DNA of 64,000 bases from an uncultured delta proteobacterium (GTDB lineage Bacteria > Desulfobacterota > RBG-13-43-22). The translations under genes and the position numbers were made by a program. Location: assembly GCA_963790475.1 (NCBI GenBank), contig CAWBOS010000013.1, positions 32,001 through 96,000 of the forward strand, in the 5' to 3' direction. Each line of letters begins with the position of its first letter. Within the stretch, counting starts at the first letter, position 1. Shown piece after piece: positions 59,754 through 64,000 of the stretch. The notes below the pieces were generated by a model. That model was not told the DNA's origin, did not search any database, and worked only from the letters and a program-made list of their open reading frames with translations.

Positions 59754-61251
59754 GATGCACCTCCGTCATAAAACGGATAGGCATTTTGACGGTAAAGACA
59801 CTGCCCCTGCCTTCCAGGCTCTCTACCTCGATGGTCCCTTTGTGCTCACGCATAATGGAATAACAAAGAGACAAGCCCAAGCCCGTCCCCTTGCCCACCG
59901 GTGAAGTGGTGAAGAAGGGGTCGAAGACCTTGTCGAGGTTCCTCTCGGAGATGCCGCAACCCGTGTCGGTGATCTTTATCCAGACTTCGGTATCGACCGT
60001 ATAGACGTCAATTCCCAACATTCCTCCGTTGGGCATAGCGTTTATGGCATTTAAGAAAAGATTCATAAATACCTGCTGCAGGAGCGTGACCACGCCATCA
60101 ACCATGAGGGTCTCTTTGGAAAATAAGGCCTTGGTCTCGATCTTGTGAATCTTGGCATGGTGAGTTATTAAAGTCAGAGTTTCTTTGATCAGGGGAACAA
60201 TATTCACCAGAGTAATCCGGGGCGTCGTTGAAGGATAAGAGTATTTCAGGAGATTTTCGACGATGGCCGAGGTCCGCTGGATGCCTTTATAAATCTTTTC
60301 CGCGCATTCCCTGGAAAATTCGGGTAGAATATCTTCTTCCATCAGAAACTGGGCCGAGGAAAAACAAATGGCCAGGGGATTCCTGATTTCATGAGCGATG
60401 CCCCCGGCCATAACTCCCAGGGCCGCCAGTTTTTGGGATTGGAGGAGTTCCATTTCAAATTTCCGCTTTTCCGTCAAATCCCGGCCCACGGCCACGATAC
60501 CCACCGTTTGATTGGTACTGTCCTTCAGTGGAGAGAAGACCCAGGATAGGGGGATAAAAGTCGATTGACTGGTTCTTAAAAAACATTCCATCATCTGGGC
60601 ACCCTTCCAGGTATCGATACGGGGAAAAATCTCCTGGATATCCTTTCGATCCTCATCGGTACAGAAATCGGTAAAATAGCGTTCCCGGGTCTCCGCGGCG
60701 GAATAACCGGAAATTCTTTCGGCGGCACCGTTCCAGGTCTGGATCCTGCCCTTTCTGTCCATGGACAGAATGAAATCATTGGCGCTCTCCACGATGCTTG
60801 CCAGATGACGTTCCACCCGCCTCATCTCTTCGCTGAGACGCACTTCCTCCGTCACATCATCCATGAGAAGGATAACCCCCTCCACCTTTCCCCGGGAGAA
60901 GAAGGGAAGGAGACTGTAATAATAAATTCGGATGGGCACCCCTGGGGCACGGTAGGTCATTCGTTCTCCCTTGGCCGGTTGATTTTTTTCAATGACTTGC
61001 CGCATCCGCTTGGCAATATCCATCTGTTCGAGGATCACGGGGGGAAAAACTTTTTCCAGTTTATATCCGAGGGTGTTATTTAATGTTCTTTGACTTTTTT
61101 CGAGAAAATTGCGGTTGGCCGAGACAATACACATGTCTTGATCAATCAGGAGTACTGATGAGGGTATGGCATCCAGGAGCATGGTGTAGAGCTGCTCGAA
61201 CCGGTCCGGAAATTCCTGGAATACCTGATCAAGAGATTTAGCGTTCGTCAT
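59743..61251 (-). CDS. PAS-PAS histidine kinase (GvrB-like)
   Basis: GIAHEIRNPL, NLFLNA, DTGCG, FDPFFTT, GTGLGL. Confidence 0.92.
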   Translation of the reverse strand: MTNAKSLDQVFQEFPDRFEQLYTMLLDAIPSSVLLIDQDMCIVSANRNFLEKSQRTLNNTLGYKLEKVFPPVILEQMDIAKRMRQVIEKNQPAKGERMTYRAPGVPIRIYYYSLLPFFSRGKVEGVILLMDDVTEEVRLSEEMRRVERHLASIVESANDFILSMDRKGRIQTWNGAAERISGYSAAETRERYFTDFCTDEDRKDIQEIFPRIDTWKGAQMMECFLRTSQSTFIPLSWVFSPLKDSTNQTVGIVAVGRDLTEKRKFEMELLQSQKLAALGVMAGGIAHEIRNPLAICFSSAQFLMEEDILPEFSRECAEKIYKGIQRTSAIVENLLKYSYPSTTPRITLVNIVPLIKETLTLITHHAKIHKIETKALFSKETLMVDGVVTLLQQVFMNLFLNAINAMPNGGMLGIDVYTVDTEVWIKITDTGCGISERNLDKVFDPFFTTSPVGKGTGLGLSLCYSIMREHKGTIEVESLEGRGSVFTVKMPIRFMTEVHHEP

Positions 61252-61264
61252 TGATTCCCCTCCT

Positions 61265-61987
61265 TCATCGGTCCGACTTCAGGCCGGATTTTCCGGCCGG
61301 TGCGAGATCGGTAGCGACAAAATTATAAGGTGGCCAGGGACCGCTTATCAGGGCCTTGGCCTCTTCAACCTCCGCCACCCGCCGGAAGGTTTCCCGGAAG
61401 AGGCTTACTTTATTTTCTGGCATAAGGAAATAAAGGGACAAGATGACCGACCCGTTTTTCGCAGCCGTCTCGGTCCGCTGCCTTCCGTACAGACCTGAAA
61501 AGGCCTGAATGGTGCGCTCCAGAATCATCTGGTGATGGCCGGAGGTCTCATCCCTCATCCGGTAATGGGCCTTCCGCAGGGTGAGGTAATCCTGTCCGGT
61601 GGCCGGCTGTTTTTCCTGCCGTGATTCCCCCACCTCCTCGGACAACAGGATTCGGATTCCCATCTCGACCTGACCTTCCAGCTTCTCAAGCAGGGCATGG
61701 TATTGACGCTGCCTCTCTTTCAGGGCGGCCCGGATCAACGGAATTCCGTTCAGAAAACAGCCGTATCTCAGGGGAACAACCGCTTGCCGGCGATGGAGAG
61801 CCTCCACGACCCTGCTATAGACCAGGAGCTCGGCAATAGGAGGCGCCCCATCCTCGGCTGACTTCTCAGACACGGCGGCGCACAAACCATCCCCGGTCAC
61901 AAAAGATACGTCCCGGCCCTTCACCCCGGTCAAAGTCCCACCTTTAACGACCGGATCTTTGGTAATACCGTATAGCAGGTAGGCCAT
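61265..61987 (-). CDS. GvpF/GvpL family gas vesicle protein
   Basis: LLYGI, VVPLRYG, GQVEMGI, SGPWPPYNF. Confidence 0.88.
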   Translation of the reverse strand: MAYLLYGITKDPVVKGGTLTGVKGRDVSFVTGDGLCAAVSEKSAEDGAPPIAELLVYSRVVEALHRRQAVVPLRYGCFLNGIPLIRAALKERQRQYHALLEKLEGQVEMGIRILLSEEVGESRQEKQPATGQDYLTLRKAHYRMRDETSGHHQMILERTIQAFSGLYGRQRTETAAKNGSVILSLYFLMPENKVSLFRETFRRVAEVEEAKALISGPWPPYNFVATDLAPAGKSGLKSDR

Positions 61988-62080
61988 GCTCCCCCTTGAA
62001 ATTTCGAATTGCGGATTGCGGGTTACAGGTTTCAGGTAAAAGATAAATTCTTAGAGTTATGAATATAAGGATCTAAACCA

Positions 62081-62881
62081 TTATCCCTTCATATCGAGAA
62101 CCGGGGCAAAGTGATATGGCGGCCAGGGACCGGAAAGCTCAAGGCGGAGCCTCTGGGCTTCATGGTGCCTGTTCCAATCGCCCGTCAGTCCTTGCAGGAC
62201 ATCCACGGACCGGTCGGGAACAAGAAAGGCGCCATGGAAAAACATCTCCTCGTCTAATCCAGTAACTTCCCTCGACAAGAGGCGACGTTCACTGAAGGAC
62301 GAAGACACCTCTTGAACGATCCTCAAAATGTACTCCCCTTTCCCCTTGAGCCAGGAGGTCACCTCCCGCTCGACTGCCCCTTTGATTTTTTGTTCCAGAA
62401 AATAGCGCTTCCCCGGAGAAAGGCTGTCTAATTGTTCTTTTTCCCCCGCTAAACGCTCGGCCCTGATCTGCGACCGGGCCTGAGCCCTGTCCACATAGGC
62501 CCTGATACTCCATTCCTTTTTCCCGGCCGTATCACGGAAAAACATTAGCAAAGTATTCCGATGCTCCCTCAGCGGTTCCTTCATGGCCGCGAAGGAGGAG
62601 AAAACTGTGCCGAAGCGAACGGGCAGCACGGGGACTTGCTCCATGACGGCTATGATGACCTCTTCATGACGCAGGGCCCGGGGTCCGATCCAGGCCAGAT
62701 CTTCCATGCGGGCCTTGGCTTCCGGTCCGGTGAATTCCTCAAGATTAACCTCGGAAAAGACGGCGGTGACATTTCCTATGTCTTCAACAAGAAGAAGATG
62801 CTCCCCGTCAATCCCCGCACCTATGACCTCCGGAAGGGGATCTTCCGGCGTCAGACAGAATAGATAAATTCCTGTACTCAT
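62081..62881 (-). CDS. GvpF/GvpL family gas vesicle protein
   Basis: RHEEVI, VLPVRFGTVF, SGPWPPYHF. Confidence 0.88.
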   Translation of the reverse strand: MSTGIYLFCLTPEDPLPEVIGAGIDGEHLLLVEDIGNVTAVFSEVNLEEFTGPEAKARMEDLAWIGPRALRHEEVIIAVMEQVPVLPVRFGTVFSSFAAMKEPLREHRNTLLMFFRDTAGKKEWSIRAYVDRAQARSQIRAERLAGEKEQLDSLSPGKRYFLEQKIKGAVEREVTSWLKGKGEYILRIVQEVSSSFSERRLLSREVTGLDEEMFFHGAFLVPDRSVDVLQGLTGDWNRHHEAQRLRLELSGPWPPYHFAPVLDMKG

Positions 62882-63999
62882 CCCATCTCCTTACGTACCT
62901 CCTCCAGGGCCTCCTCGATATCCTCACGCCGGATGAGGATTTCCGGTTCCCCGGCCCCGGGCTTCTCCATGGTCTTGACGGCACGGCGAACCGCTGTCAT
63001 GGCTGCTTTACGCGTGACCCCGGCAATGCCGGCCCCGCTGAAGCCCTCTGTCCGTTCGGCCAGGTCTACACTGTTTATATTCTCCGATAGAGGTTTCTGA
63101 CGAAAATGCACAGCAAATATCTCTTCCCGGTCTTTTTGGCCGGGCATCATCATCTCCACAATATCGTCAAAGCGGCCCGGCCTGAGGACCGCGGCATCCA
63201 GAATATCCAGACGGTTGGTCGCCCCCAGGACGAGAACTCCCCGGAGCTCGTCGATGCCGTCAAACTCGGCTAAAAACTGGCTGAGGATCCGTTCGGAGAC
63301 ATGGGAATCCGAGGCCCCGGCGCTCCGGGTCGGGACGAGGGCGTCGATTTCGTCAAAGAAGATGATGCAGGGCGCGGCCTGTCTTGCTTTGTGAAAGATC
63401 TCCCGGAGCCCCTTTTCCGATTCCCCGACCCATTTCGACATCAGGGCGGGCCCTTTGACGGATATGAAATTCACCTGGCTCTCCGTGGCAATCGCCTTGG
63501 CCATCAATGTCTTGCCGCATCCCGGAGGGCCGGCAAGAAGAATCCCCTTGGGCGGGGTCACGCCCCCCCTTTCAAAAAGGTGGGGGTATTTCAGGGGCCA
63601 CTCCACGGCCTCGATGAGGCGCTGTTTCAAAGAAGCGAGCCCACCCACATCTCCCCAGTGAACATTGGGAGATTCCACAAAGACCTCCCGGATGGCGGAT
63701 GGTTCGATCTCCCGCAAGGCAGACAGGAAGTCTTCCATACGCACCTCGAGTTTGGAGAGGGTTTCGTAAGGAATTCCGGCCTGTCCGAAATCGATCTCCC
63801 CCATGATCTGGCGCAGACAGCCCATGGCCGCCTCCCGGCAGAGGGCTTCTAAATCCGCGCCGACGAAGCCGTGGGTGATTTCCGCCAGGTGGTCCATGTG
63901 GACGTCTCCGGCCAGGGGCATCCCCCGGCTGTGAATCTCCAGGATCTCCAGACGCCCGCGCCGGTCCGGGATAGGAATGACGATCTCGCGGTCAAATCG
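62878..63999 (-). CDS. CDC48/p97-family AAA+ ATPase (partial; GvpZ-like)
   Basis: GFVGADL, GPPGCGKT, KWVGESE, FFDEID, LRPGRFD; frame stays open to the window edge. Confidence 0.9.
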   Translation of the reverse strand, partial: RFDREIVIPIPDRRGRLEILEIHSRGMPLAGDVHMDHLAEITHGFVGADLEALCREAAMGCLRQIMGEIDFGQAGIPYETLSKLEVRMEDFLSALREIEPSAIREVFVESPNVHWGDVGGLASLKQRLIEAVEWPLKYPHLFERGGVTPPKGILLAGPPGCGKTLMAKAIATESQVNFISVKGPALMSKWVGESEKGLREIFHKARQAAPCIIFFDEIDALVPTRSAGASDSHVSERILSQFLAEFDGIDELRGVLVLGATNRLDILDAAVLRPGRFDDIVEMMMPGQKDREEIFAVHFRQKPLSENINSVDLAERTEGFSGAGIAGVTRKAAMTAVRRAVKTMEKPGAGEPEILIRREDIEEALEEVRKEMG

Positions 64000-64000
64000 G

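Overview
This window looks like a Desulfobacterota (deltaproteobacterial) anaerobe chromosome; the taxon is inferred from gene content. It has four parts. (1) 1-3760: housekeeping genes, namely the 3' end of ilvB, ilvN and a four-subunit 2-oxoacid:ferredoxin oxidoreductase operon. (2) About 3830-26420: a nested accessory region anchored at tRNA-Asn(GTT). It holds repeated 'tRNA 3' end + structured leader + small GIY-YIG' modules, two IS1634 copies, a truncated rolling-circle Rep with an origin-like hairpin, a two-tyrosine-recombinase element, IS1182 and a group II intron. It also holds an attI-like site with one attC cassette but no intI, an ABC-ATPase/TOPRIM-like pair, Fic, HNH genes and a family of ~40-400 bp non-coding repeats. 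(3) About 26.6-50.9 kb: a UGSC-type selenoprotein split by UGA, an ABC binding protein, a GntR/CoA-transferase/PrpD operon, katG, a glycyl-radical activase pseudogene and a c-di-GMP/two-component cluster. (4) 50.9-64 kb: a gas vesicle gene cluster with two gvpA, gvpN/G/K/J/F-L, chaperone-like accessory genes, a sigma54 promoter and its own sensor kinase and receiver. All calls come from reading the sequence; no database searches were run.
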